Positions 27,556 through 40,983 of a stretch of DNA of 64,000 bases are shown here, piece by piece. The position numbers and the translations under genes were made by a program. This stretch comes from Eledone cirrhosa (lineage: Eukaryota), in assembly GCA_964016885.1 (NCBI GenBank), contig OZ024757.1, positions 7,874,001 through 7,938,000 of the forward strand. Direction: 5' to 3'. The notes beneath the pieces are model-generated. The model was given only the letters and a program-made list of their open reading frames with translations, did not search any database and had not been told where the DNA came from. Within the stretch, counting starts at the first letter, position 1. Each line of letters opens with the position of its first letter.

Positions 27556-28272
27556 ACTTAATACACAGTGGTGTTAGGAAGGCTCAGAACAAGGATGATG
27601 TTAAAAGCTAGACTTAGTACACAGTAATGTTAGGAAAGCCCTGAATAAGGATATCAAAATCTACACTTAGAACACAGTGGTGTTAGAAAGTCCCAGAACA
27701 AGGATATCAAAATCTTCACTTAGTACACAGTAATGTTAGAAAGGCCCTGAACTAGGATATAAAATGCTACAGTCAGTACAGAGTAATGTTAGCAAGGCCC
27801 TGAACGAGTATATCCAAATCTACACTTAGTACACAGTAATGTTAGCAAGGCCCTGAACGAGTATATCCAAATCTACACTTAGTATACAGTAATGTTAGGA
27901 AGGCCCTGAACAAGGATATAAAACGCTACACTTAGTACACAGTAATGGTAGGAAGGCCCTGAACAAGGATATCCAAATCTACACTCAGTACACAGTAATG
28001 TCAGGAACGCCCTGAACAAGGATATAATATGCTACACTTAGTACACAGCAATGTTAAGAAGGCCCTGCACAAGGATATAAAATGCTACATTTAGTACCCA
28101 GCAATGTTATGAAGGCCCTGAACAAGGATATCCAAATCTACACTTAGTACTCAGTACTGTACGGAAGGGCCTGAACAAGGATATCAAAATATACACATAC
28201 AACACAGTGGTGTTAGGAAGGCCCAGAACAAGGATATTAAAATCTACACTCAGTACACAGTAACGTTAGGAT
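27556..28272 (+). repeat. 53-54 bp minisatellite, copy 2
   Basis: Same unit as 5625-6045; roughly 13 copies. Confidence 0.92.
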
Positions 28273-28276
28273 GGCA

Positions 28277-28531
28277 CACCCTCCCCTCTCTTCTGCAACA
28301 CCGGACCTCTTGCCATCCCCTCTCCTTCCCGTTCTGTTTCTTCTTTCTTTCTCTCTTCGATTTAATCAACTTTCCCCTCCCCCAAATTACTGGCCTTCCA
28401 CCTTTACTAGAAACCATCATTATTATTGTTATTCTTACTGTAAATAATATCATGTTTATACAGTTTTGATAAGAAATAAATTCTTCATTACAAACTTGTT
28501 TATATAATTATTAATTCTCAAAACACACACA
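28277..28531 (+). mobile_element. CRE-like 3' UTR fragment
   Basis: Reverse complement of ~6042-6299. Confidence 0.8.
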
Positions 28532-28733
28532 CTCATATGTATATATATATATGAAAATATTCAGGACCCCGGCGGCTGAGCTGTGGCTGTTTCAACAACT
28601 ATTTTGGGATTCAACAAGCTTAATTTTTTTTATAACTGATATAAAGCACTCAACAGTTTAGTGGAGTAAATACACAATATATTAATAAATGGAAACTATA
28701 TTTATAAAACCATATTTATTTTATTATACATAT

Positions 28734-29080
28734 GGAGGCACATGGCTTACTGGTTAGAGCATTGACCTTGCAATCAAAAGGTTGTGAGTTCAATTATCAG
28801 ACCGGGTGATGTGTTGTGACTTTGAGCAAGACACTTTATCTCACATTGCTCCAGTTTACTCAGCTGTAGAAATGAGATGATAGGGACTGGTGTCCACATC
28901 ATTCCACTGCAAAGTTGTCGTGGAGGTGCCACAGCAAAAAAAGCACCCAGCCCACACAGTAAATGAGGTTGGTGTTAGGAAGGGCATCCAGCTGTAGAAA
29001 TCAAGCCAGAATCAGTTCCCGTCCTACCCTTGCCATCAGGGAAAAAGCAAACGTAAAATGAAATGATGATGATGATGATA
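28734..29080 (+). mobile_element. SINE type A
   Basis: Homologous to 15266-15646. Confidence 0.85.
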
Positions 29081-29273
29081 TATATATATATCTTTTAATC
29101 TTAGGTTCAGCACAGAAAGCAGTCTCCAACGATCACGATCAGCTTATGATGCCCAGTGGAAGCAGTTTAGTTTAATTATAACCTCAACGATCAAGAATAG
29201 CGGCAGCTTTTTCGAGTCTGTGACAAGTGAGGTTGGCTGCCATATATATATATGTATATATATACACAACCGT

Positions 29274-31798
29274 ATCATCATCATCATCATCATCGTTTAA
29301 CGTCCATGTTCCACGCTTGCATGGGTTTGGATGGGAGTTTTCCCACTTGAGGCAAGAGTGGTTGTCTTGCTCGCATAGGTCTGTCTGGCGGGTTTTCTAC
29401 AGCTGGATGCCCTTCCTAACACCAACCACATTTACAGTGTAGAACTGGGAGGTTTTTACCGTGTTACCTACATGGCCACATTACAGCGTGGACTGTGTGT
29501 TTTTTTGTCGTGACACCTACACGATCTCATTTGTTAGGGCCTGGATGTTGTGGCACCAACATAACTTTACATTGAAAGGGGCGGTGTGGATGGGGTGGGG
29601 GTGGTGTGACGGTGGTGTATTTTGTTAGAGGTGCCAACTGACTGTAGTAGGTTTTACTTTGTATTCAGGTAAGGTGGGTCTTCTCTATTACTGAGTGCCA
29701 CCAAAGATCTCGGTCCAGTGACATTGTCTTGGAGAGGTGTAAGTGTGTGAGGTCGGAGTTTATCCGGTCGTCCCAGGTTTTTCTGGGTCTGCCTACTCCG
29801 TGGCTACCGTCTATCTTTATTGCCCTGTACTTTTTTATACAGCTGTCGTCTTTCATGCGCATCACGTGACCATACCAACGTAGTCTTCTCTCGAGTAAAC
29901 AACATCTGATCCCTCTTATTTCTAATTTTTCCCTTAGTTCGTTTATGCTTTGCCGTTCGCGTATATTACTATTACACATCCAGCGGAGCATGCAAGCTTC
30001 GTTCCTCTCTAGTCTGCGTATATCCTCTGCACACAATGCCCAGGTCTCACGGCCATGCAACATATATGTTCGTATGCAGGCATCATACAGCCTACCTTTC
30101 ATTTTTAAGGAGAACCCTTTAGCGGCTAATAGTGGTATAAGCTCTCTGAACTTTTTCCATCCAGTTCTGACTCTAGCTACTGTACTTTCAGAGCACCCTC
30201 CCCTACTGCTGATTTTGTCACCCAGGTAACGGAAGCTGTCCACTATTTCTATAGAACCATCTGTGCAATCGAATGAGCTAGTATTCCGTGGGCACTTGCT
30301 GCTACTTATTGCACCAGAGCACCGGCCACATATAAAAGCAATGTTCTTAGCTTACTTGTGAACCTCCTACATCTTTTATGCACCCATACTTTGCATTTGG
30401 GACATAAAATGGAGTTTCTACCTACTCCTTTCCTACACACTGAGCATGGCCATTTCCCGGATAGGACCGGCGCCCTATTTTCCTTCCTACAAACTAGAAC
30501 TTTAGTCTTAGACAGGTTAATTTTAAGGCCTTTTGATTCTAGGCCATGCTTCCATGTTTGGAATTTCTTCTCTAGTTCGGCCATTGATTCAGCTATGAGC
30601 GTTAGATCATCTGCGTATAGGAGTTCCCATGGGCAGCCGGTCTTGAACTCCACTGTTATAGCCTGAAGGGCAATAATAAATAGTAGGGGGATAAGAACGG
30701 AGCCCTGATGAACACCAACTTTTACGCTAAACTCTTCACTATATTCGTTGTTAATTCTAACCTTGCTGACTGTTTCTTTATACATGGCTTGTATAGCTCT
30801 CACAAGCCATTCATCAACACCTAGTTTTCTAAGAGCCCACCAGATAATGGAACGGGGGACTCTGTCGAAGGCTTTCTCCAAGTCGACAAAAACTCAGTAT
30901 AGGGGTTTACTTTTAGCTAGGTACTTCTCCTGTAGTTGTCGTACAATGAAAAGAGCGTCTGTGGTACTTTTGCCTGACACAAACCCGAACTGCATTTCAT
31001 CTAGATCAATTCTCTCTCTGATTAGTTGCACTATTACTTTTTCTGTGACCTTCATGACCTGGTCAATTAATTTAATGCCTCTATTGTTACTCCTATCTAG
31101 GGCATCTCCTTTACCCTTGTAGCAGTTAATGATGATGCTGCTACGCCAGTCCTTCGGAACAACCCCATTCTGTATGACTTGGTATAATATCCGTGTGACC
31201 ATGGTGTGTCCCACCGTTCCAAGGCTTTCAGCATTTCAGCAACTCTTTCCGGTCTTCATATCTTTGATTGCCTTACTTATTATACTACCTTCAACTAACA
31301 CTGCTGTTCCCTCTATTGGGTCGATGTGGGGGAAACTGTCTTTCTCCCATTTATTCTCCTCATTTAGTAGCCTTTCGTAGTGACACTTCCAAGCTACCTT
31401 CTTATCAGCGTCAGTGATGGCAAGTACGCCATCATCATTAAGTACACACTTCTCCCCGACAATATCACGGTTTTCCTTGACACATTGCCTAGCAATCCTG
31501 AACACCTCACGTTTTTGGTCCTCGCGTTGTAGAACATGATTGAACTTTCTTTCCTCTGCTTCCTTTCTTGCGAAGTACACTTGTCTCCTAGCTTCCCTCC
31601 TGGCCACCAGATAGTGTTCTATACTTCCCCCATCCCGCCATGCTTTCCAAGCCTGCTTTTTGGCCTTAATTGACTCCTCCACCTTACTGTTCCACCACCA
31701 TGTTTCTCTCCTCCTGCCTATAGATCTGCTCCAGACACAGATTTCATCTGCTGCCATCAGCAAGTTTGCTTTCAGGAATTCCCATTGTTCCTCTATAT
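29274..31798 (-). mobile_element. RTE LINE (family B), 5'-truncated and frameshifted
   Basis: ORFs 31236-, 30894-, 30306- and 29665- carry TWWWN, EKAFDRV, LYADD and RLRWYGHV; (CAT)n at 29274. Confidence 0.93.
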
Positions 31799-31887
31799 TG
31801 TACATATATATGTATATATATATATGAATATAGATGTATATATATATATGTATATATATATGTATGTATATATGATATATATATGTA

Positions 31888-32747
31888 CATGTGTGGACGA
31901 TATTTGGTCGCAATTTTCAACTGCTAATTTTATGCAAATTTTTTTTACTCCGTTGTCACTCTTGTCCTCATAAAAACAGTGACTATATTTCCATTATTTA
32001 TTTTCAGAATAATTGATTATGAATAATTTTGAACCTCCAAATTTGTGGCAGAGACACGGAGTTCTTCTTGGAATCTGCGCCGAGAGGACAAATAAGACCA
32101 GAAGTTAACTCCCAGAACAACATGTGGCTCGCTGTCTCATCCAAAGATGTGTCCAGAGTCATACATATAAAGTTTCCACCGACAACATTGGTCTTAGGTG
32201 TCGTCATGCCACCTGACTGCTTCCCTGAGGGTCTCAAGCTGAACACCGATGGCTACATTCGCGTTCTGAGCAAGGTAGTAAAGCCCTTGATGGACCAGGT
32301 AGCTGCAGGTAGGCCGTACGTGTGGCAGCAAGACTCAGCGCCCTGCCATACCAGCCGAAATATCCAAGCCTGGCTGACAGAGAACTTCGTTGACCTCACC
32401 TCCCCTGACATCTGGCCGCCCAGCTAGTCTGATTGCAATCCTCTCGACTTCTTTGTGTGGGGCGCAGTGAAACAAGACACCAACAGATCTAGCTGCAATA
32501 CGAAAGACGATCTGAAGGCCAGGATCACAAGTGCCTTTAGGGGCCTAAGTCAGGGGACAGTGACGAAGGCCTGTAGCCGGTTTCGAGGCCGTCATCAAAG
32601 CCAATGGCAGGTTTATCAAGTGAGATTGAAAGAACAAGTCATGAAGACAAACTGACCCAAGTTTGATAAATAAATCTTAAAAAACAAAACTACTGTGTTA
32701 TTATTTCCTAGACATTAATCTTGCGAATAATTATCGTCCGCACCCTG
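31888..32747 (+). mobile_element. Tc1/mariner DD37D (maT-type) transposon, internally deleted pseudogene
   Basis: WQQDSAPCHT...WPPS*SDCNPLDFFVWG with 37 residues between the two Asp. Right TIR TTGCGAATAATTATCGTCCGCACCCTG, degenerate left TIR, TA flanks. Confidence 0.85.
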
Positions 32748-32805
32748 TATGTATACATATATAATATATGATATATAATATATATATATATATATGTATA
32801 TATAA

Positions 32806-34292
32806 AAAGGGGATGATCTGGAGAGGAGCAATTATAGGGGTATAAAACTGATGGATCGGGTTATGAAAGTGGCAGAAAGGATATTAACACAACTAATTAG
32901 AGAAAGGGTCAAACTAGAGGAGATGCAGTTTGGTTTTGTGCCTGGGAAGAGTACAACAGATGCCCTCTTCTTGGTGAGACAATTGCAAGAGAGGTTCTTA
33001 GAGAAGAATAAGTGACTATACTTAGCCTTTGTTGACCGAGAGAAAGCCTTTGATAGGGACTCCCAATCTGTCATCTGGTGGTCCCTAAGGAAACTAGGTG
33101 TTGAGGAATGGCTTGTGAGGACAGTGCAAACTATGTACAGAGGTGTTGTCAGTAAAGTCAGGGTAGGAATGGAGTTTAGTGAGGAATTCCAGATATAAGT
33201 AGGAGTACATCAAGGTTCGGTCCTCAGCCTGTTCTCGTTCATTATCGTCCTCCAAGCCATAACAGAGGAGTTTAAGACTGGCTGTGCATGGGAACTTCTC
33301 TATGCTGACGATCTGGTTCTTATAGTAGAATCAGTAGAGGAGATAGAGAATAAATTCTGGCTATGGAAACAGCAGTTGGAATCAAGAGAACTGAGGGTGA
33401 ACCTAGCTAAGACAAAAGTGTTGATGAGTATAAAAGAGGACAAACTCTGATTCCGTCAGGGAAATGGCCATGTTCGATATGCAGAAAAGAACTGGCATAA
33501 ATTCTATAAAATGCACACAATGCAGATCCTGGGTACACAAGAGATGTAGCGGGATAGCAGGCAAACTAACAGGTAGGGAGAAATATGTATGCAGTAGATG
33601 TACAGGGAAATTAGACAGTAGAAGTCGCATTAATAGACACATTTTTCAAATGCAGGAAGGCGCTATAGAAGTGGTGGTTAGCTTCCGGTACCTAGGAGAT
33701 CAGATTAGCATGGGATGAGGGTGTTCCGAGGCCATAGTGTCGAGAATAAGGACGGGTTGGAAGAAGTTTAGGGAGCTGCTTCCTCTGCTGACGAAGAAGG
33801 GTTTCTCCCTGCGTACGAAAGGCCGGTTCTATGATGCCTGTGTGAGGAGCGTGATGCTGCATGGTAGTGAGACATGGGCAGCAACTGCAGAGGATATGTG
33901 ACGGCTGGAGAGAAATGAGGCAAGCATGCTCCGTTGGATGTGCAGTGTAAATGTGCGTGAACGACTCAGCATGAATGTGTTGAGAGAGAAACTGTGTCTG
34001 AGAGGGATAGAATTTAGTGTACGGGAGAGGAGACTGAGGTGGTATGGATATGTGATGTGCATGGAGGATGACCGATGGGTGAAGAAGTGCCAGGAAATGC
34101 CAGTTGAAGGAAGACGTGGTAGAGGTCGACCATGAAAAACATGGGCGGAGGTGGTGAGAACAGACCTCAGATGATTGAAGCTCACGGTAGAGATGACGAA
34201 GGACCGTGACGAGAGGAGAGATGCTGTGCTGAATAAGACCCGTCCCACCCTTGCAAGCAGGGAAAAGCGAACGAAAAATGATGATGATGATG
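32806..34292 (+). mobile_element. RTE LINE (family C), 5'-truncated and degraded
   Basis: RT motifs with stops, MLRWMC, (GAT)n tail. Confidence 0.9.
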
Positions 34293-34310
34293 ATATATAT
34301 ATATATATAA

Positions 34311-34535
34311 TCATCATCACTGTTTTACGTCCGTTCTTGTATGCTAGCATGGGTTAGACGGGTTGTCCTGTTGTGGGCAGTGTCCGGTTGGTTGACCTTG
34401 TCTTGCTCATACGGGAACTGATTCTGCCTTGATTTCTACAGCTGGATACCCTTCCTAACACCAACCTTATTTACACTGAGAGCTGGGTACTTTTCTTCCG
34501 TGGTGCCGACATGTCCACTTTATAGTATGGGTTGA
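34311..34535 (-). mobile_element. RTE family A 3' UTR, tail-to-tail with the preceding copy
   Basis: Similar to 10504-10700. Confidence 0.8.
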
Positions 34536-34611
34536 TATATATATAATATATATATATTATATATAACATATATATTTAACATATATATATATATATAATA
34601 TATATATTTCA

Positions 34612-37600
34612 TATACGAAGAGCAGGAGAAATCATAGAAATGCTAGAGCGAAAGGAAATTGATGTATGCTGTGTGCAAGAGACTAGATGGAGAGGAGAGT
34701 CTGCCAGAGTTCTTGTAGGAAAAAGTCGGTGCTACAAATTTTTCTGGGTGGGAAATGACGATGGGATGGGTGGTGTAGGTATACTACTAGCTGACAAGTG
34801 GGTAGATAAAGTTATTTCAGTGTACAGGGTAAATGCAAGAATCATTAAACTCAGACTAGTCCTGAATAAAACAATTACCACAATAATATCAGCTGACGCA
34901 CCCCAATCGGGGCTGCCAGACGAACTTAAGGATAGATTTTACGAGTCCCTAATGCACACTACTGCTCTAACAGACGACAATGACTTCCTAATCATCGCAG
35001 GAGATTTTAACGGACACGTAGGTAAACACTCCGACGGCTTCAATAGAGTACATGGAGGCCATGGGGTTGGCACAAGAAATGAGGAAGGATTCAGACTTCT
35101 AGAATTCTGCAACGCCAATGACATGTCGATATGTAACACAAACTTTAAAAAACCCGACAACCACCTGATCACCTATAGATCAGGGGAGCACTCCAGTCAG
35201 ATAGATTTTATCTTCATCAGAGGACGTGACAGATGGACGGTCGTAAACACAAAAGCCTTCCCTATTGAGGAATGTACATCCCAACATAGCTTAGTTGTCA
35301 GCGACCTCATGGTCAGAACTAGACGAACCTGGAAACAGAGGCCAACCTGGAGAAGAAAGATCTGGAAGCTGAAAGTCCCCTCAACCAGTAACAGATTTAA
35401 AGATATTTTACTCAACGCCTACGACAGTAAAGAAGAACAGATAGAGACATTTAATGTAGAAGAGAACTGGGAGTTCCTAAAAAATAATTTACTAGAGGCG
35501 ATGGATGAGGTCTGTGGCTGGAGTAAGACCTCAAGCAGGAGGAGAATGACTTGGTGGTGGAACAATAAGGTAGATGAAGCAGTTAAGGCCAAGAGACAGG
35601 CATGGAAAGAATGGAAGGAGCAGGGTACATTACATAGAGACCAAGAGGGAAGCTAGGCGACAAGTATACTTAGCTAGGATGGAAGCAGAGGATAGAAAAT
35701 TCAAGCATGTTTTGCAACGTGAGGACCAGAAACAGGAGGTATTCAAGATTGCGAGGCAGTGTGTCAGAGATAGTTGTGATGTCATTGGAGAGAAGTGTAT
35801 CCGGAATGATAAAGGTGAGCTTGCCCTCACAAGTGCTGAGAAGAAAGATGCATGGAAGAATCATTATGATAGATTACTAAATGAGGAGAATGCATGGGAA
35901 GAAGAGACCCTACCCCAAGTAGACCCTATAGAGGGACCAGCAGTACAAGTCAGCAGCAATGTACTAAGTAAGGCAATCGAAGATATGAAGATGGGGAAGG
36001 CAACTGGTCCATCGGGTATAGCTGCCGAGATGCTGAAGGCATCTGGGTCTGTAGGTCACACTATAACCACACGTATTGTTAACCAGGTAATACTAAAAGG
36101 TGTCATACCAAAAGATTGGTGCAGTAGCATCATTGTCAACTGCTACAAAGGTAAAGGAGATGCACTAGATAGAGGAAACTATAGAGGTATAAAGTTGATG
36201 GACCAGGTCATGAAAGTAACAGAAAGAGTTATAGCACAGTTGATTAGGGACCGGGTGGAAATAGACGAGATGCAATTTGGGTTTGTACCAGGAAGAGGCA
36301 CCACTGATGCCCTCTTCCTTGTGAGGCAATTACAGGAAAAGTACCTAGCTAAAAGTAAGCCACTCTACTTGGCATTTGTCGACCTTGAGAAAGCCTTTGA
36401 CAGAGTTCCACCTGCTGTAATCTGGTGGGCTCTTAGAAAACTAGGAGTAGATGAATGGCTTGTGAAAGTGGTACAAGCCATGTATAGGGGAGCAGTCAGC
36501 AAAGTTAGGATTGGCAATGAGTATAGCGAGGAATTTAGGGTATAGGTTGGGGTCCACCAGGGCTCTGTTCTTAGCCCCCTCCTGTTCATCATATTCCTGC
36601 AGGCAATAACGGAGAAGTTTTAGACCGGATGCCCAAGGGAACTCCTGTATGCTGATGACCTCAAACTCATAGCTGAATCTATGGTAGAACTAGAGAATAA
36701 ATTCCAAACTTGGAAGCAGGGACTAGAAAGAAAGCGTCTCAAAGTCAACATGACAAAAACTAAGCTCCTTGTAAGTAGATGAGAAAACAGAACCCAGATC
36801 CCCTCAGGGAAATGGCCATGCTCAGTATGTAGGAAAGGTGTAGGTAGGAACTCCATTCTCTGCCCCAAATGCAAACAAGGGGTACACAAGAGATGTAGCG
36901 GGATCTCAGGAAGCTTAATTAAGAATGTAGGCTTCACATGCAGCAGCTGTGCTGAGACAGCAAGCAGCAAACAGCCACAGGAAACAAGTACCACCAATCT
37001 CTGGGAGGGCTCTGTAGAAACAGTAGATAGCTTCTGCTACCTAGGTGACCAAATTAGCAGCGGAGGTGGGTGTCCAGAAAGTACAATAACTAGAGTAAGA
37101 ACGGGATGGAAGAAGTTTAGGGAACTACTGCCACTGCTAGCTGCAAAAGGCTTCTCCCTCAGAATGAAAGGCAGACTGTATGATGCGTGTATCCGAACAG
37201 CAATGTTGCATGGTAGTGAGACCTGGGCGCTGAAGGTGAAAGACTTACGTAGATTAGAGAGAAACGAAGCCTGCATGCTCCGATGGATGTGTAACAGTAA
37301 TAATAACGACAAAGCATAAATGAATTGAGAGAGAGACTGAGCATAAGAGGAATCAAATGCTGTGTGCAGGAGAGGCGGTTGCACTGGTATGGACATGTGA
37401 TGCGTATGAAGGATGACAGCTGCATAAAAAGGTACAGAGCACTAGAAGTTGATGGAAACCGCGGAGTGGGGAGACCCAAGATGACCTGGGATGAGGTGAT
37501 AAAAGCCGACCTTACTCAATTATACCTCTCAAAGGCAATGACACACGACCATGACTTCTGGCGTCACGCAGTAATACAGAGTACCCGATCTCCCATGGGT

Positions 37601-37900
37601 ACAAGCTGAAGCATATAGACAATATGCCCCCTCACCCCCCACTGCAAGGTGGTCGTGGAGGTGCGACGGCAAAAAAGCACCCAGCCCACACTATAAAGTG
37701 GACGTGTAGGCGCCACGAAAAGCACCCAGCACTCACTGTAAATGAGGTTGGTGTTAGGAAGGGCATCCAGCTGTAGAAATCAAGCCAAATCAGTTCCTGT
37801 ATGAGCAATGCATGGTCGGCCAACCAGACACTGCCCACAACAGGACAACCCGTCTAACCCATGCTAGCGTGGAAGAACGGAGGTAAAATGGTGATGATAA
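34612..37900 (+). mobile_element. near full-length RTE LINE (family A): APE endonuclease and RT, frameshifted
   Basis: ORF 34640-35656 has CVQETRW, GDFNGHVG and SQIDFI. ORF 35574-36545 is RT. Followed by a Cys-rich insert, 3' UTR and tail. Confidence 0.95.
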
Positions 37901-37954
37901 TGATATAATATATATAACATATATATATAATATAATATATATATTTTATATATA

Positions 37955-38452
37955 TCTGAGACAGACTGAGCATCAGTCAAATGCTGTGTGCAGGAGAGGT
38001 GGTTGCGTTGGTATGGACATGTGATGCGTATGAAGGATGACAACTGCATAAAAAGGTGCAGAGCACTAGAAGTCGAAGGAATCCGCGGAGTGGGGAGACC
38101 CAAGAAGACCTAGGATGAGGTAATAAAAGCCGACCTTACCCAATTACACCTCTCAGACAATATGCCCCCTCACCGCCCACTGCAAGGTGGTCGTGGAGGT
38201 GCAACGGCAAAAAAGCAACCAGCTAACACTGTAAATTGGACGTGTAGGCGCCACGAAAAAGCACCCAGCACTCACTGTGAATGAGGTTGGTGTTAGGAAG
38301 GGCATCCAGCTGTAGAAATCAAGCCAAATCAGTTCCTTTATGAGCAAGGAATGGTCAGCCAACCAGACACTGCCCAGAACAGGACAACCTGTCTAACCCA
38401 TGCTAACGTGGAAGAACGGACGTAAAACAGTGATGATGATGATGATGATGAT
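37955..38452 (+). mobile_element. RTE family A 3' fragment
   Basis: Duplicates ~37330-37900 and has a (GAT)n tail. Confidence 0.88.
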
Positions 38453-38453
38453 A

Positions 38454-38622
38454 TCTAAAATAGAGAATGCCTAAAACTGAAGAACCACCCAACCGATTGT
38501 CTTCAAACTTTACACATGTAATATTTATAGTCCTGTGAGTGTTTTGAGGAGAAAAATTTCAAATTTTCAATGCCCTAGGGACCGCATTAGGCGATTTAGC
38601 GATCTCCTGGCCATTCTGCTAG
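38454..38622 (+). mobile_element. putative non-autonomous Helitron
   Basis: A|TC start, CTAG|T end, and an imperfect subterminal hairpin AGGCGAT..ATCTCCT. Confidence 0.5.
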
Positions 38623-38642
38623 TAATATATATATAATATATA

Positions 38643-38851
38643 TGGCTTAGTGGTTAGAGCATTGGGCTTGTAATTAAAAGGTTGTGAGTTCAATTCTCGG
38701 ACTGGGTGATGTGTTATGTCCTTGAGCAAGACACTTTATTTCACGTTGCTCCTTCTACCTGGAGTTGTGACCAATAGATAGTATTAGCAATTGGAAAGAC
38801 CAATGGAAACATTGTTTCTTCGGCCCAATTTGACGAAAGTCGATCGACTGA
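38643..38851 (+). mobile_element. SINE type A' (same head and core, different tail)
   Basis: A/B boxes and CCTTGAGCAAGACACTT. The tail is shared with 43162-43372 (-). Confidence 0.75.
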
Positions 38852-39034
38852 CGATATATGTATATATATATATTATACATATATATATAATATATATATA
38901 TATGTGTCACTTGCTGGATCTGCTAGAAGGACCCCGATAATATGAGATGTTCTCCCGGCTGTATCATATACTGCAAATCTATGCAGATGTATACACATAA
39001 ATATACAGACACAAAGATACACAAGTAATTATAC

Positions 39035-39565
39035 ACACATTGAAGTGGTTGATAGCTTCTGTGACTTAATTAGCAGTGGAGGATGACTGTATAACACCTG
39101 CCAATAAAATATGATGCTGCATGGTAGTGAAACAAGGGCTGTGACAGCAGAAAAAGTGTAGACTGGAGAGGAATGAAGCAACCATGCTTCATTGGATGTG
39201 CCATTTAAGTGTGAGAGAAAGGCAGAGCTTGGACAATGTCAATAAGAAGCTGGGTTTAAGAGGGATCTTAAGAGATGTGTAAGAGAGAAGACTGGATTGG
39301 TACGGACATGTGATACATATGGATAATGTCAGCTGGGTGAAGAAGTGCCAGGACATCCCAGTAGAAGGAAGCCATAGTAGAGGTAGACCAAGAAAGACCT
39401 GGACAGAGGCTGTGTGAACTGACTTCAAATAACTGACTCTCACAGAGGAGATGACAAAGGAACACGACAAGTTGAAAGATGCCATGTTGAGAAGGACATG
39501 TCCAGCCCAAGGAAGCATAGAAAAACGAACATAAAAACAGTGAAGATGTTGATGAAGATGACGTA
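39035..39565 (+). mobile_element. degraded RTE 3' fragment
   Basis: HGSET, WYGHV and GRPRKTW remnants. Confidence 0.75.
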
Positions 39566-39613
39566 CATATACACACATACATAATAAATAAATCAAATCC
39601 AGATATGCACAGT

Positions 39614-39955
39614 GGAGGCACATGGCTTAGTGGTTAGAGCATTGGCCTTGTATTCGAAATGTTGTGAGTTCAATTCTCAGACTGTGTGATGTGTTGTTTC
39701 CTTGAGCAAGACACTTTATTTCACATTGCTCCAGTTTACTCAGCTGTAGAAATGAGATGATAGGGACTGGGGTTCATATCATTCCACTGCAAAGTGGTCG
39801 TGGAGGTGCCACGGCAAAAAAGCACCCAGCACTCTCTGTAAATGAGGTTGGTGTTAGGAAGGGCATCCAGCTGTAGAAATCAAGCCAGAATCAGTTCAGT
39901 CCCACCCTTGCAAGAAGGGAATAGCGGACGTAAAATGATGATGATGATGATGATA
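39614..39955 (+). mobile_element. SINE type A
   Basis: Homologous to 15266-15646. Confidence 0.85.
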
Positions 39956-40204
39956 TGCACATACTTATATACAAACATATACATGGACACAAATTTCTAA
40001 CACATACATTCACATATATATACCGTATGTCAATTCTGAACAATACAGTTTAGTCAGCACAAGTCTTGGTTACAACTTCTTAATGAAAGGAGAATAATTT
40101 CTTAGTAAAACAGTTTTATTTAAGATATTAACAACATTGGTGGCACTATTTTAGGTGAGTGACATGGTTTTTATCTTGTCTGATTGTGTTTGTGTTGCAT
40201 CAAG

Positions 40205-40980
40205 TAACCTTTACAAGAGAATTATTTATCACAGACATCACAGTGATATGGTTCCTCTCTTGTATGTGTTAGTGTGTAGTGAAGCCACAACATTTAGAGA
40301 ATTATTTAGCACAGACACCACAGTGATATCGTTCCTCTCCTGTATATGTTAGTGTGTAGGGAAGCCACAACATTTAGAGAAGGATTTATCACAGACATCA
40401 CAGGCATATGGTTCCTCTCCTGTATGTTAGTGTGTAGGGAAGCCACAACATTTAGATAATAATTTACCAGACATCACAGCGATATGGTTCCTCTCTTGTA
40501 TGTTAGTGTGTAGTGAAGCCACAACTTATAGAGAAGGATTTACCACAGACATCACAGTGATATAGTTCCTCTCCTGTATGTTAGTGTTTGGTGAAACCAA
40601 AATTAGAAAATGATTTACATGGACTGAGGTGGTAAGGGCAGACCTCTGAAGCTCACGGTGGAGATGACAAAGGACCGTGACAATTGGAGTGATACTGTGT
40701 TGAATAGGACCCATCCCACCCTTGCAAGCAGGGAAAAGCGGACGTAAAATGATGATGATGATGATATGGTTTCCCTCATCTATGCATATATTTAGTTAAA
40801 TGGCTCCATTAAAAGATATATTTTCCAAACATATCAAAGTGATATGGCTTCCCACCTGTATATGTTTGTGTGAAGTTAATGTAGCATAGAAAGAGAATGA
40901 GTTACCACAGATATTACACTGATATATATTTGTATTCTCATTAAATCACAATTTTTAGAGGATTTATCACTGATGTCAAT
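40205..40980 (-). pseudogene. decayed C2H2 finger repeats downstream of the ZNF stop codon, interrupted by an RTE tail (40615-40765)
   Basis: ACAGACATCACAGTGATATGG (PYHCDVC on minus) recurs about every 76-82 bp rather than 84 bp. Confidence 0.75.
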
Positions 40981-40983
40981 GCA

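Noticed and set aside
31236-31913. 225-aa ORF as one protein
   Set aside because: Chance fusion of a transposon TIR, a TA tract and an RTE fragment.
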